Assembly: GCA_963802255.1 (NCBI GenBank)
Contig: CAWDHY010000001.1
Coordinates: forward strand, 171,842-235,841
Direction of reading: 5' to 3'
Source of the DNA: Candidatus Magasanikiibacteriota bacterium
GTDB lineage: Bacteria; Patescibacteriota; Patescibacteriia; Magasanikbacterales; GWA2-37-8
DNA: 64,000 bases
A program made the position numbers and the translations under genes. Each line of letters begins with the position of its first letter. The first letter of the stretch is position 1. Positions 33,649 to 42,359 of the stretch are shown here, one piece after another. The notes below the pieces were generated by a model. That model had not been told where the DNA came from, searched no databases, and saw only the letters and a list, made by a program, of their open reading frames with translations.

Positions 33649-34224
33649 TTATGCTGTTTTTCGTTCAGCACTTATTGATAATACGTCGTCTAATTCTTTT
33701 GCGACTAAATCTAATTCCTCTTTTGAAACATCAGAATCATTATGTACATTCATTTCATAAGTTACATCTTCGCCACTTAATCCGTATTTGCTTTTAAGAT
33801 CGCCAAGCAGCTTATTTTCATGATTTAAAAGATACTCCTGTTCGTTTAATAATTTATCTCTTTCTTGAACAACCTTAATAAAATTCAGAATGTCATCCTG
33901 TTTGTCCTTGCTTAAATCAACCCAACCCGGCATTTTTGTTGGATTTTCAAAATACATTTCATCAATAATATCCCCGAAATTGCCAGCAGCTGAAATTTCT
34001 CCGTCAAGCCGTAAAATGTTTTTGGCATGCTGTTCTGAAAGAGTTTTTACAAGCAGATAATCGTGGCCTGTATTTTGCCACTCTTTGTATTTCTGTTCTT
34101 TAACTTCTTCCGGTGTCATTTCTTTGAGTCCGGCCTCAACAAATTTATCAACATCAAATTCGTCCTGAATTCCGCCAGTATCAGCAATAGGACTAAATTT
34201 TTTTGCTTCGTTTGGGTTCGCCAT
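33649..34224 (-). CDS. hypothetical protein (first gene of the operon driven by the consensus promoter)
   Basis: 191 aa. ATG at 34224-34222 about 28 nt downstream of a perfect TTGACA-17-TATAAT promoter. Contains a DVDKFVEAGLKEMTPEEV motif. Confidence 0.55.
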   Translation of the reverse strand: MANPNEAKKFSPIADTGGIQDEFDVDKFVEAGLKEMTPEEVKEQKYKEWQNTGHDYLLVKTLSEQHAKNILRLDGEISAAGNFGDIIDEMYFENPTKMPGWVDLSKDKQDDILNFIKVVQERDKLLNEQEYLLNHENKLLGDLKSKYGLSGEDVTYEMNVHNDSDVSKEELDLVAKELDDVLSISAERKTA

Positions 34225-34258
34225 ATTTAAAATGTTAATTGTTGATGATAATGCACGT

Positions 34259-34287
34259 ATTATAGCATTTTTTGGCTATTTTGTCAA
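34259..34287 (-). promoter_or_regulatory. perfect-consensus sigma70 promoter (TTGACA-17-TATAAT) for the minus-strand operon
   Basis: Minus strand reads ttgaca (34287-34282), 17-nt spacer, tataat (34264-34259). Confidence 0.55.
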
Positions 34288-34306
34288 CATCTATTGACAA
34301 AATAGC
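34275..34306. promoter_or_regulatory. 32-bp perfect palindrome containing both -35 hexamers (candidate operator)
   Basis: gctattttgtcaa-catcta-ttgacaaaatagc. 13-bp arms, 6-nt spacer. Each arm contains TTGACA for one of the two divergent promoters. Confidence 0.5.
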
Positions 34307-34322
34307 ATAAATCTGTTAGATT
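34294..34322 (+). promoter_or_regulatory. sigma70-like promoter (TTGACA-17-TAGATT) facing the GC-rich island and miaB
   Basis: ttgaca 34294-34299, 17-nt spacer, tagatt 34317-34322. Confidence 0.4.
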
Positions 34323-34353
34323 ACAGAGTTGCAAACACGCACATTCAAAACTC

Positions 34354-34971
34354 ATGCGAACGCATGCGGGACGGAGGATAATGACCATGGACGGTAGTGA
34401 GGTCGTCATTTCTTTGAAGCGAGGATTTCGAAATTTTTTTGGCAGTTTGCGCGATAGTGATGAGGATGGTGGCTCGATCGAATCATACGCCGGTCATCTT
34501 CAGAAAGTTGTCGCAGAAGTCATGGACCTGGTCCAGGCGGGCCTTGCGCTTGTTTACTGGCACTGGTCCGGCGACGACATCACCCTCGTCTACAAGTTGC
34601 CTGAGTCCCACCTGCACTATTGCGAGGCTGCACAGCGTGCTCACGTTAAGCTCGTTTTCGACCGAATTAAGTCGGTATACATACCGGGGGTCGGCAAGGA
34701 GCTGATTCGCCGGTGCCGTGAAAGCGGGTACCGCCTTACCGAGAAGGACATTCTCCGGATGGAGAGTTCTATCGATATCAGAGGGGTTACCAAAGTGGTT
34801 ACGCCACAGGAACCCGGACACATCGTTGTTCAGTTCAAAACCGGACAGTGGGCAGGAAAGGGGCGAGTGGGGCCAAACAGTGAGCCGGAGCCGGCAGAAG
34901 CGATAGGTGAATTGGAACTTGGTAATAATGACGCGGATTTTGTCTGCACTTACACCTTCGCTTGCAACTAG
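34354..34971 (+). CDS. ORFan protein in GC-rich island
   Basis: 205-aa ORF (alternative starts at 34381 or 34387, just after GGAGG at 34373-34377). Local GC is about 53% versus about 38% in flanks. No recognisable motif. Plus-strand frame chosen because the amino-acid composition is balanced; the antisense ORF 34483-35019 is R/L/S/C-rich. Confidence 0.4.
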   Translation: MRTHAGRRIMTMDGSEVVISLKRGFRNFFGSLRDSDEDGGSIESYAGHLQKVVAEVMDLVQAGLALVYWHWSGDDITLVYKLPESHLHYCEAAQRAHVKLVFDRIKSVYIPGVGKELIRRCRESGYRLTEKDILRMESSIDIRGVTKVVTPQEPGHIVVQFKTGQWAGKGRVGPNSEPEPAEAIGELELGNNDADFVCTYTFACN

Positions 34972-34998
34972 CACGGCTTTCCGCCGATAAAAGAAAGG

Positions 34999-35493
34999 AT
35001 GGTAAAACTGCGCGAGCATGTTTACCGTATTTCTGGTCGCTACAGGCGACTACGGCGGAGGAAAACCGCAAAAATGAGCCAGGTGACAAACCTTACGGAA
35101 TATCGCGAACGTTCAGCTGATCGTCTGCGTTTCGAGAAAGAGGAGTTCGGCGAGATAATCGACGGATTCCGGCAATTGCGGATTTTCTGGTCCGGCTGTG
35201 AGCTCGAGTTACACCTCGACGCTGATAGTCAGCCGGAAATAACCGACCGGATTCGCAAGAATCCTGCCCGCGGGCTCGCTCTATTCGGAGCTGTCAAATT
35301 TCTCGGTCAAGACCGTGGAATTAGAGCGGAAATTGCCACCGTTCTTAGTTTCAAATTTCTGCAGAGACCTCTTCAAAGGTCAACGCAGAATGTTCTCGTG
35401 GTTGTCTTCAAAACCAACAAGCACACCCGGCAAAAATTTGTCGTGGGTAAGAAGGACCTCAAGGATTCCCCAGCCAGCTACATATTCGCATGA
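34999..35493 (+). CDS. ORFan protein in GC-rich island
   Basis: 164-aa ORF (alternative start 35074, MSQVTNLTEY, 13 nt after GGAGG). Basic N-terminus. Followed by a strong terminator. No recognisable motif. Confidence 0.35.
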   Translation: MVKLREHVYRISGRYRRLRRRKTAKMSQVTNLTEYRERSADRLRFEKEEFGEIIDGFRQLRIFWSGCELELHLDADSQPEITDRIRKNPARGLALFGAVKFLGQDRGIRAEIATVLSFKFLQRPLQRSTQNVLVVVFKTNKHTRQKFVVGKKDLKDSPASYIFA

Positions 35494-35526
35494 TTTTCCT
35501 CCAAGGAGGAATCGTTTTTTCTCAAG

Positions 35527-35565
35527 GGCGCTTGAACACGAGGTTTTCGTTCAAGCGCCTTTTTC
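35527..35565 (+). terminator. strong Rho-independent terminator closing the GC-rich island
   Basis: 11-bp stem ggcgcttgaac / gttcaagcgcc with an 11-nt loop, then ttttt. Confidence 0.65.
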
Positions 35566-35567
35566 TA

Positions 35568-35596
35568 TTGAAAATAATCGGTAAAAAGAATAGAAT
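35568..35596 (+). promoter_or_regulatory. candidate promoter for miaB (TTGAAA-17-TAGAAT), predicts a leaderless or near-leaderless mRNA
   Basis: ttgaaa 35568-35573, 17-nt spacer, tagaat 35591-35596. The miaB ATG at 35604 is 8 nt after the -10. Confidence 0.3.
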
Positions 35597-35603
35597 ATCG
35601 CAT

Positions 35604-36911
35604 ATGCGGCGTTATTACATACTGACAATGGGGTGCCAAATGAACAAGAACGATTCTGAAAGAATAGACGGTCTTTTGGCATCTTTGGGGTACCAAAAAA
35701 ATATCGAACCGGATGATTGTGATTTATTAATCATTAATACCTGCAGCGTGAGGCAGGCGGCAGAGGATCGGGTATGTGGCATTGTTCGTAATTGGCAAAA
35801 TTTTCGCAGTAAAAATCCAGACGTGGTAATTGCTATAACAGGTTGTATGCCGGGAAGAGACAATAAAGGACAATTACGCCGGAAAATACCCGGCGTTGAC
35901 TTATGGTTCGGTATTGATGAATTGCCGCATTTGCCTGTTTGGTTAAAAGAGGTGGCAACGGGAAAAGAAGAAGGACTTGATTATCTAAATATTAATCCTC
36001 TCCGCGATTCGCGCGAGCAGGCGTCTATTACCATCCAGACCGGTTGTAATAATTTTTGTTCATACTGTGTGGTGCCAAATGCAAGAGGTCGTGAGCGGAA
36101 TCGGCCGGTAAAAGACATTTTAAATGAGGTGCGTGATTTCGCCCTGAATGGGGGACTAGAGATTACCTTGCTTGGCCAGGTTGTTAATCATTATATTGCC
36201 CCTGATCCGGATAATTTTTCGAAAAAGAATCCTTTTTTAGCTGATCATTTTGCCGCCCTGCTTTGGGAATTGAATCAAATAAAAAAAATAAAGCGCATCC
36301 ATTTTATGGCGCCTGATCCGCAGTATATAAATCAAGTGCAAATCAACGCACTCAAATTGCCGAAGCAGATGAATTATATTCACTTGCCGGCGCAAAGCGG
36401 AGATAATGAAATTTTGAAGAAAATGAACAGAAAATATACGCGTGAAAAATATTTGGAAATAATTAAAAATATTCGTCATACCTGCCCCAGTATCGCCATC
36501 GGAACGGATTTAATTGTCGGTTTTTGCGGTGAGACGGACGGTCAGTTCCAGAATACTTTAAATTTGTATAGAGAGTGCGACTTTGATATCGCCTATACGG
36601 CGATGTATAGCCAGAGGTCCGGCACTGTTGCGGCCAAAGCGTTCAAAAATGATGTATCCCGTTTTATAAAAAAGAAACGCTGGGAGGACCTGCAGGAACT
36701 AATGGAAAAGCGGGTAATGATAAAAAATCAGAAATATGTCGGCCAAACTGTTGAAGTATTGGTGGAAAAATATGAAGAGGGTGTTTGTTCTGGTAATTCA
36801 AAAGAAATGAAGCTGGTTCAATTTTTGGGCACAGCAGATTTAGTTGGTACCATTGTTAATGTTAAAATATTCGAAGCCAAGGAATGGCTGCTAAAAGGCG
36901 AGAGGATATAA
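35604..36911 (+). CDS. miaB: tRNA-2-methylthio-N6-dimethylallyladenosine synthase (MiaB-like radical SAM methylthiotransferase)
   Basis: Start taken at MRRYYILTMGCQMN (MTTase N-terminal domain). Radical SAM CNNFCSYC. C-terminal TRAM-like domain. The ORF track's extension to 35490 overlaps the terminator and is unlikely. A RimO alternative is not excluded, but adjacency to miaA favours MiaB. Confidence 0.8.
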   Translation: MRRYYILTMGCQMNKNDSERIDGLLASLGYQKNIEPDDCDLLIINTCSVRQAAEDRVCGIVRNWQNFRSKNPDVVIAITGCMPGRDNKGQLRRKIPGVDLWFGIDELPHLPVWLKEVATGKEEGLDYLNINPLRDSREQASITIQTGCNNFCSYCVVPNARGRERNRPVKDILNEVRDFALNGGLEITLLGQVVNHYIAPDPDNFSKKNPFLADHFAALLWELNQIKKIKRIHFMAPDPQYINQVQINALKLPKQMNYIHLPAQSGDNEILKKMNRKYTREKYLEIIKNIRHTCPSIAIGTDLIVGFCGETDGQFQNTLNLYRECDFDIAYTAMYSQRSGTVAAKAFKNDVSRFIKKKRWEDLQELMEKRVMIKNQKYVGQTVEVLVEKYEEGVCSGNSKEMKLVQFLGTADLVGTIVNVKIFEAKEWLLKGERI

Positions 36912-36914
36912 TAT

Positions 36915-37826
36915 ATGCGCTACTTGCCCAAAATTATAATTATTGTCGGGCCAACCGCTTCCGGAAAGACCGCCCTTTCTTTAGAATTGGCAAAAAAATT
37001 TAATGGAGAGATTGTTAATGCGGATTCACGCCAAGTTTACAGAAAGATGGATATTGGAACAGCTAAAGCCCCTAAGGACATCGGCCAAAGTGAATATATA
37101 GTTCAAGGAATTCTTCACCATCTGATTGACGTTGTTGATCCGGACGAGGAATTTACGCTTGCGCATTACAAAAAAATGGCGTTTAAGGTGATTGACAATA
37201 TTTTTCGACAGGGCAAATTACCGATAATAGTCGGCGGCACCGGTTTATACGTTTGGTCGATAGTTGATAATTTGGACATTCCGGCTGTCGCTCCAAATAG
37301 TAAGTTGCGGCAAGCATTGGATGATAAAAGTTTGGATGAATTAGTTATTATGTTGAAGAATTCTGACCCTATAACGGCAGAGAAAATTGATCTAAAAAAT
37401 CCACGTCGCGTAAAGCGCGCCTTGGAAGTAATAATGACTTCTAATGAGTCATTAGTATTAAAGCAAAAAAAATTGCCGTCCCGTTATGATTCCTGTCAGA
37501 TTGGGATAAACGTTCCGCGCGACGAATTAAATATGCGGATTAATGAGAGAGTGGACCGGCAGATTAACGACGGCTTGATTGAAGAAGTAAAAAGTCTTGC
37601 GAAAAATTTTGATTGGTCATTACCCTCAATGAGCGCGATCGGCTACAAGGAGATTGGCTATTTTTTACGCGGAGAAATGCAGTTAGATGAGGCGGTGGAA
37701 TTAATAAAGAGAAATACGCGACGTTACGCAAAACGTCAAATGACATGGTTTCGCCGGGATAAAAGAATTTGCTGGACAACCGGCGTGACTGAGGCGAAAG
37801 ACCTAATTGAAAAATTTATTAAATAA
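36915..37826 (+). CDS. miaA: tRNA dimethylallyltransferase
   Basis: 303 aa. P-loop IIIVGPTASGKT, DSRQVYRKMDIGTAKP, GGTGLY motifs, all classical for MiaA. Confidence 0.9.
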   Translation: MRYLPKIIIIVGPTASGKTALSLELAKKFNGEIVNADSRQVYRKMDIGTAKAPKDIGQSEYIVQGILHHLIDVVDPDEEFTLAHYKKMAFKVIDNIFRQGKLPIIVGGTGLYVWSIVDNLDIPAVAPNSKLRQALDDKSLDELVIMLKNSDPITAEKIDLKNPRRVKRALEVIMTSNESLVLKQKKLPSRYDSCQIGINVPRDELNMRINERVDRQINDGLIEEVKSLAKNFDWSLPSMSAIGYKEIGYFLRGEMQLDEAVELIKRNTRRYAKRQMTWFRRDKRICWTTGVTEAKDLIEKFIK

Positions 37827-37861
37827 AAAAAGACCCGGACTGTTCGCCGGGTCTTTTTTTG
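37826..37861. terminator. Rho-independent terminator (bidirectional)
   Basis: agacccgg-actgttcg-ccgggtct followed by ttttttt, flanked by an A-run. Confidence 0.65.
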
Positions 37862-39766
37862 TTATTCAAATTTCATTGGAACTTCGTCTCCCATAAATTC
37901 TATTGTTTGCCCGGAAATAGTATCGTCAGCTTTTACCCGCACCTTGGAGATTAGGGTGGCTTGAGTCGGGTTAACCGTGTTAATCTTGACCGAAAATGGA
38001 AGCGCCAGGACGTCTACGCTTTCCGGCATTGTTTCAATTTTCCAGGTAATTTTCTTAAGTTCAGGGTCATATGAAACCGTTCCGGCAGGCGCATCGGCTG
38101 AAGCGGTAAAAGTGGCATCGCCAAAAATTGTGGCGCTTAATTCTACATTTTTTAATGGATGGAAAGAGTTAGTTAGTATCCACTGGATATTGCGGTCATT
38201 TTCAGCTATCACTGAATCGCGCACCTCTAAAGCAATATCTGAATTGAGAGTGATTGCAACCGGGTTGCTGGTTAAACTTTTTTCTGCTCCGGCTTTATCT
38301 TTATATAAAATTTCAGCCATTGTTTTAATTACATATTCGGTCAGACTGCTCATATCAAAATTTTCAGTATCATGGATCGGAAGACGGACATCAACACTTA
38401 TTTCCTGTCCCGGTTTGAAATCGCCTAAGGTTGGTATGTTTTTTGAATTCCAAGTAATAATACCCCGTCGCAGAGCATCATTCACTTGTTCTCCTATAAT
38501 TGTTCCATCCAGTTTATCATCAATTAAAGCCCAATTCAGAGCGCTTTGGCGTTTAAGCGCAGGCGCTTCCAACGTCAATTTTAATGAGGCGCTTTTCAGA
38601 CTGTCTTTACCTGTATTTTTTATATATAGCGTAATATTTAGCGTATCGGAAGGACGACTGGACGAATCTCCCATTACGCCATTGATTGCCAATGAGAAAG
38701 TTTGATTGCTTTTTGCTAATTCGGTTATAAGTTCAGCACTGCCGATGCTGAATATTCTGTTGTCGATACCGTAAGGCATTTGAAGTTCAGCGGTTATTTT
38801 GGTTGAGCTGCTTTCTTCAATTTTCATTGTCGGATCAGAATATTTTCCATACACGCTAAAAATGATTTCATTGGTATTTGTCGTGGAAGTTGAGCTGGTT
38901 GGTTTGATGTGCCAAATTCCGTCCTTATCAATTGCCGGAGAAGATGACGTGATATAAAAATTCGCCGGAAGACTTGGCCGTAGATTTAATTTTTCAGGTT
39001 GCCATGCGGTTTTATTGACGATTTTAAATATATAGATGGCATCATCTCCGATCGTCGCTTTATCCGGTCCTGAAATTGATAAGACAAGCGGAGATTCAGT
39101 TATTTTGGTGGAAAGTGTGGCAATTTTTTGCAGTTCCGACTGAAAATTTTCCGGCGTATAATTGACAAATACTCTCCATGATTTTTCTTGCTCCAGTTCC
39201 CCATAATTTTGTCCGGTAATTTTAATTTCTCCTGTCTCGTGCGGCTTCAGATTACCCAAATTCCATTCGGTCGCTCCGCCATTGTCCGGCTTAATGTTGC
39301 TTTCCAAATAGGCAAATCCGTCAGGATAATTAACGGTTAGAATTGCGTTATTTAATGTTATATTTTCATTATTTTCAAACTGGATGACATAGGTGGTTGT
39401 GGCGCCAACAGTAAGTTCAACCGGACCCTTGATATCGAGTGAAAGTTGCTGATTTGTCCCAATATTTTTTCCCGGCAAATAGAAAAAACCGGCCCAAGCC
39501 GCAGCCGCCATTATTGCTCCGATAAAAAGCAGATAAAAAACACCTTTAATCACCGGATGATGTTTACGTTTTTTAATTTCTTTCATATTTGGAATTTTAC
39601 CGCTACTGTCTTCGTAAATGGATATTAATTCCTTTTCAATTTTATTTTTCTTATCTTTTTCCAGACGCTTTTCATCTGTCAGAACTTTTTTGCGCGGAGC
39701 GCTTTTTCTTTTCGGTTTATCACTCCCAATTTCGTGAGCAAGGAAATTATCATGATTTTCAGGCAT
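37862..39766 (-). CDS. large membrane-anchored surface protein (Lys-rich cytoplasmic N-terminus, single TM, repetitive ectodomain)
   Basis: 634 aa. ~85-aa K/E-rich N-terminal segment, TM (VFYLLFIGAIMAAAAWAGFFYL), then a beta-rich ectodomain with DUF11/CARDB-like character (weak call). Confidence 0.55.
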   Translation of the reverse strand: MPENHDNFLAHEIGSDKPKRKSAPRKKVLTDEKRLEKDKKNKIEKELISIYEDSSGKIPNMKEIKKRKHHPVIKGVFYLLFIGAIMAAAAWAGFFYLPGKNIGTNQQLSLDIKGPVELTVGATTTYVIQFENNENITLNNAILTVNYPDGFAYLESNIKPDNGGATEWNLGNLKPHETGEIKITGQNYGELEQEKSWRVFVNYTPENFQSELQKIATLSTKITESPLVLSISGPDKATIGDDAIYIFKIVNKTAWQPEKLNLRPSLPANFYITSSSPAIDKDGIWHIKPTSSTSTTNTNEIIFSVYGKYSDPTMKIEESSSTKITAELQMPYGIDNRIFSIGSAELITELAKSNQTFSLAINGVMGDSSSRPSDTLNITLYIKNTGKDSLKSASLKLTLEAPALKRQSALNWALIDDKLDGTIIGEQVNDALRRGIITWNSKNIPTLGDFKPGQEISVDVRLPIHDTENFDMSSLTEYVIKTMAEILYKDKAGAEKSLTSNPVAITLNSDIALEVRDSVIAENDRNIQWILTNSFHPLKNVELSATIFGDATFTASADAPAGTVSYDPELKKITWKIETMPESVDVLALPFSVKINTVNPTQATLISKVRVKADDTISGQTIEFMGDEVPMKFE

Positions 39767-39799
39767 AAAAAAATTGATGCTATTAATTAATCAATAAAC

Positions 39800-42334
39800 T
39801 TATTTATCTTGGCGCATGAGCAGACTCCAGACACCGTCTTCAATTAATTCAGCGTTATCGATGCTCAAGCCGTTCATGGCTAAAGTGCAGTTATCACCTT
39901 CATTCCAGCTTGGATGCCAAGTTGCCGGGTAAATTATCTGACTTTCAAAATCAGTATCTTGTCCGGATTGTTTTTGTACCACCAGTTGAAAGCGGGAGGT
40001 TAGATACTCCTCATTTACAATTTTTCCTATAATTGGTCTTTCATTTGCCTGAGAAAAATTAACTTTAAATGGCAGTTGGTAGGTAAAATGAATTTGTTTT
40101 TTTTCTCCGGGCTCTAAAATCAACCAATTTCCAAATACCGTTTTTCCAAATTCTTCGGTAATTCGCGTACCGGAATTATCGTCAAAACCGACTTCCTTTT
40201 CCTGCGTTAAAAGAAAATCATCTTTTTTTGTCCAAGGATCGGGCGCGCGGAATTTTTGTTCATCGGGCCAGATAAAACCACCGGCAGAAATAAGCTTGGA
40301 ACCGAGGGGGACATAAACACGCATGTAGTCGATATTTGTCTGACCGTACAGTTTTACTCCCGGAGTGCCGGTATGTTCACGGGTGATTATCACCGTATCA
40401 GTGATTGTACCGTCTTCCGAAACAATAGCTTGATGACTGATGGTTTGTTTGATTTCAGCGTCTGATTTTTGGCCTTGAATATTTGTATTTACCGCCATTA
40501 TATAATCTTGCCCGTTTTGTATGGGCCATATATGACCGGCCCAGCCGAAATTTTTAGCAGTTTTTTCAATTGCAGAGTCTGTAAAATAGGCTTGAATTTC
40601 TTTTTGCGCCAGTGCTTCGGATAAGTTTGCCATTAGAGTTAATATTTGTTCCGGTTTTGATGAGTATATTAAACTGATAAATTGAGGTGCCAAGTCAGTC
40701 AGTATTTGTTTCGGGCGGTCCAATTTTTTTTCCGGTCCTTCCTCAACTACCTGCTGAATTGTAGCCAAAGCGTTGTCGGAAGACAGAATCAGTGACCGGT
40801 TATCATCACTTACAGGGCCAAGCACTAACAGTAGGCGTTCAAGCACAGTCGCATTAATGGCAATTACACCGTCGGCAGTAACTTTTCTTGAGTGCCGGTA
40901 AAACCAAAGCATTTTTTCAGCGCTAGCCGGAAAATCGGGAAACCAGTTTGAATCTTGGAATTCCCAGCGCTTATTAGATAGTAAAAGAGGGGTAGGGGGT
41001 TCAATATAGGTATCAAGCTGTCCCTGCAGGTCGTATGACCCGCCGGCTGGTATATCTAATTTAACAACCTTACCGTCTTTAACATCAAGTAGGGCAAAAC
41101 TACCTAAAAAACCTCCGGTCGGCCTTATTTCATGAGGATTTTGAAATACTATCAGGTATCGACGCAAGCCTTTCCCACCAAATATGTCTTCAACCGCTTT
41201 GCCAATTTCCACAATATTTTCCAAATCATCAAGGAATGTGCCGAAAAGTGAACGAAAATCCTTGAATGCAGTTTGATATTCAAGTGGCAAAACGTTTGGG
41301 TCAGCCGTTGAGAGGTCGTCAAGTGCCGCTTTATAGCTTGGCACAGCCGCATTCAGATGCTCGGTAATTAATTTAACGCGATATGTTATTGAGGACGAAG
41401 CCGCCTGACTTTCGTGCAGGCCTTTAATTAAATATGTATTGCCAAGAGCAATTTTTTGTCCGGCAGTAATTAATTTTTGTCTGCTTTGTACCTCGTTTGA
41501 AACAAGTGGTACAGCTGAAATAATTTTCTGCAGTAACCGATGATTACCGTTCATTACTTCTACGGCATTGTTGAATTTTTCAAGTGCTTCAATCACTGAA
41601 TTTTCCGCTCCTTGTAAGTCAGATTGCATTATTGCCGCAGTTGATTCCTGCAAAGCCATAAATCCCTCGGTGCCATTTTCCGCAACTGCGCTTGTCGTCT
41701 GCTTGATTGACTGATAATAGGTGCTCGCTTTAAAAGGAATAACAAGCAGAATTAAAACGATGGCAGTGCGCCAAAATAAATATTTTGCTAAAGGCCACAT
41801 CCCCGGTTTATTTTCCACAGCCGGCGAGATGATATTTTGTGGAGGATATATATTGCTTGCGGGCAGAACGGCATTTTCATGCTCGTAATATTTCTTTATC
41901 GCGTTTTTAAATTCAGCCATGGCGGCAGATGATTTTCTCTTTTCGTTCCATGATGCGTAGTCGCGCTTTAAGGCGGTAAAAGAAAATTGCGCTTTTTGCT
42001 TTTTTAGGCGAGGCATTATTTGAATATGTTTTGGGGCAACATGCTGTTTAATCTTTTGAACCGGTTCGTCCAATTGGAATGGAGACGGATGAATATCCGG
42101 TGCGAATGAATCAATTTTTTCCCAGAGATTTTCTTTATGTTTTAATTGTAATATATGGGGTGAACGAACTGCTTGAAATTTTTCATGCAAGTACATTTTT
42201 ATTGGAGATTCTTCACGTTCTTTTTTTATTTCTAATAATTTAAAAAATTCCGGACAACGTGATTTGTTGTGGCCCGGTTTGTTGCATACGGAGCAGGTCC
42301 GCAATTGTGGTTTTTTCCTGGCTTTCTGCATCAA
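39800..42334 (-). CDS. large membrane protein with N-terminal CCHC zinc-knuckle-like motif
   Basis: 844 aa. N-terminus CSVCNKPGHNKSRC matches CX2CX4HX4C. TM at ~180-200 (TAIVLILLVIPF). ~640-aa extracytoplasmic domain. Lies immediately upstream of the glycosyltransferase cluster and is possibly polysaccharide-associated. Confidence 0.6.
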   Translation of the reverse strand: MMQKARKKPQLRTCSVCNKPGHNKSRCPEFFKLLEIKKEREESPIKMYLHEKFQAVRSPHILQLKHKENLWEKIDSFAPDIHPSPFQLDEPVQKIKQHVAPKHIQIMPRLKKQKAQFSFTALKRDYASWNEKRKSSAAMAEFKNAIKKYYEHENAVLPASNIYPPQNIISPAVENKPGMWPLAKYLFWRTAIVLILLVIPFKASTYYQSIKQTTSAVAENGTEGFMALQESTAAIMQSDLQGAENSVIEALEKFNNAVEVMNGNHRLLQKIISAVPLVSNEVQSRQKLITAGQKIALGNTYLIKGLHESQAASSSITYRVKLITEHLNAAVPSYKAALDDLSTADPNVLPLEYQTAFKDFRSLFGTFLDDLENIVEIGKAVEDIFGGKGLRRYLIVFQNPHEIRPTGGFLGSFALLDVKDGKVVKLDIPAGGSYDLQGQLDTYIEPPTPLLLSNKRWEFQDSNWFPDFPASAEKMLWFYRHSRKVTADGVIAINATVLERLLLVLGPVSDDNRSLILSSDNALATIQQVVEEGPEKKLDRPKQILTDLAPQFISLIYSSKPEQILTLMANLSEALAQKEIQAYFTDSAIEKTAKNFGWAGHIWPIQNGQDYIMAVNTNIQGQKSDAEIKQTISHQAIVSEDGTITDTVIITREHTGTPGVKLYGQTNIDYMRVYVPLGSKLISAGGFIWPDEQKFRAPDPWTKKDDFLLTQEKEVGFDDNSGTRITEEFGKTVFGNWLILEPGEKKQIHFTYQLPFKVNFSQANERPIIGKIVNEEYLTSRFQLVVQKQSGQDTDFESQIIYPATWHPSWNEGDNCTLAMNGLSIDNAELIEDGVWSLLMRQDK

Positions 42335-42359
42335 GGTAAATTAGATATATTTACCTTAA

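Noticed and set aside
34483-35019. 178-aa minus-strand ORF inside the GC-rich island
   Set aside because: It is antisense to the two plus-strand ORFs. Its R/L/S/C/W-rich composition is typical of an out-of-frame reading of GC-rich DNA. The plus-strand ORFs sit co-directionally between the promoter and terminator.
37977-38705. 242-aa plus-strand ORF
   Set aside because: It is antisense to the 634-aa surface-protein gene (37862-39766), which has a coherent signal/TM architecture. The S/L/R-rich composition suggests a spurious ORF.
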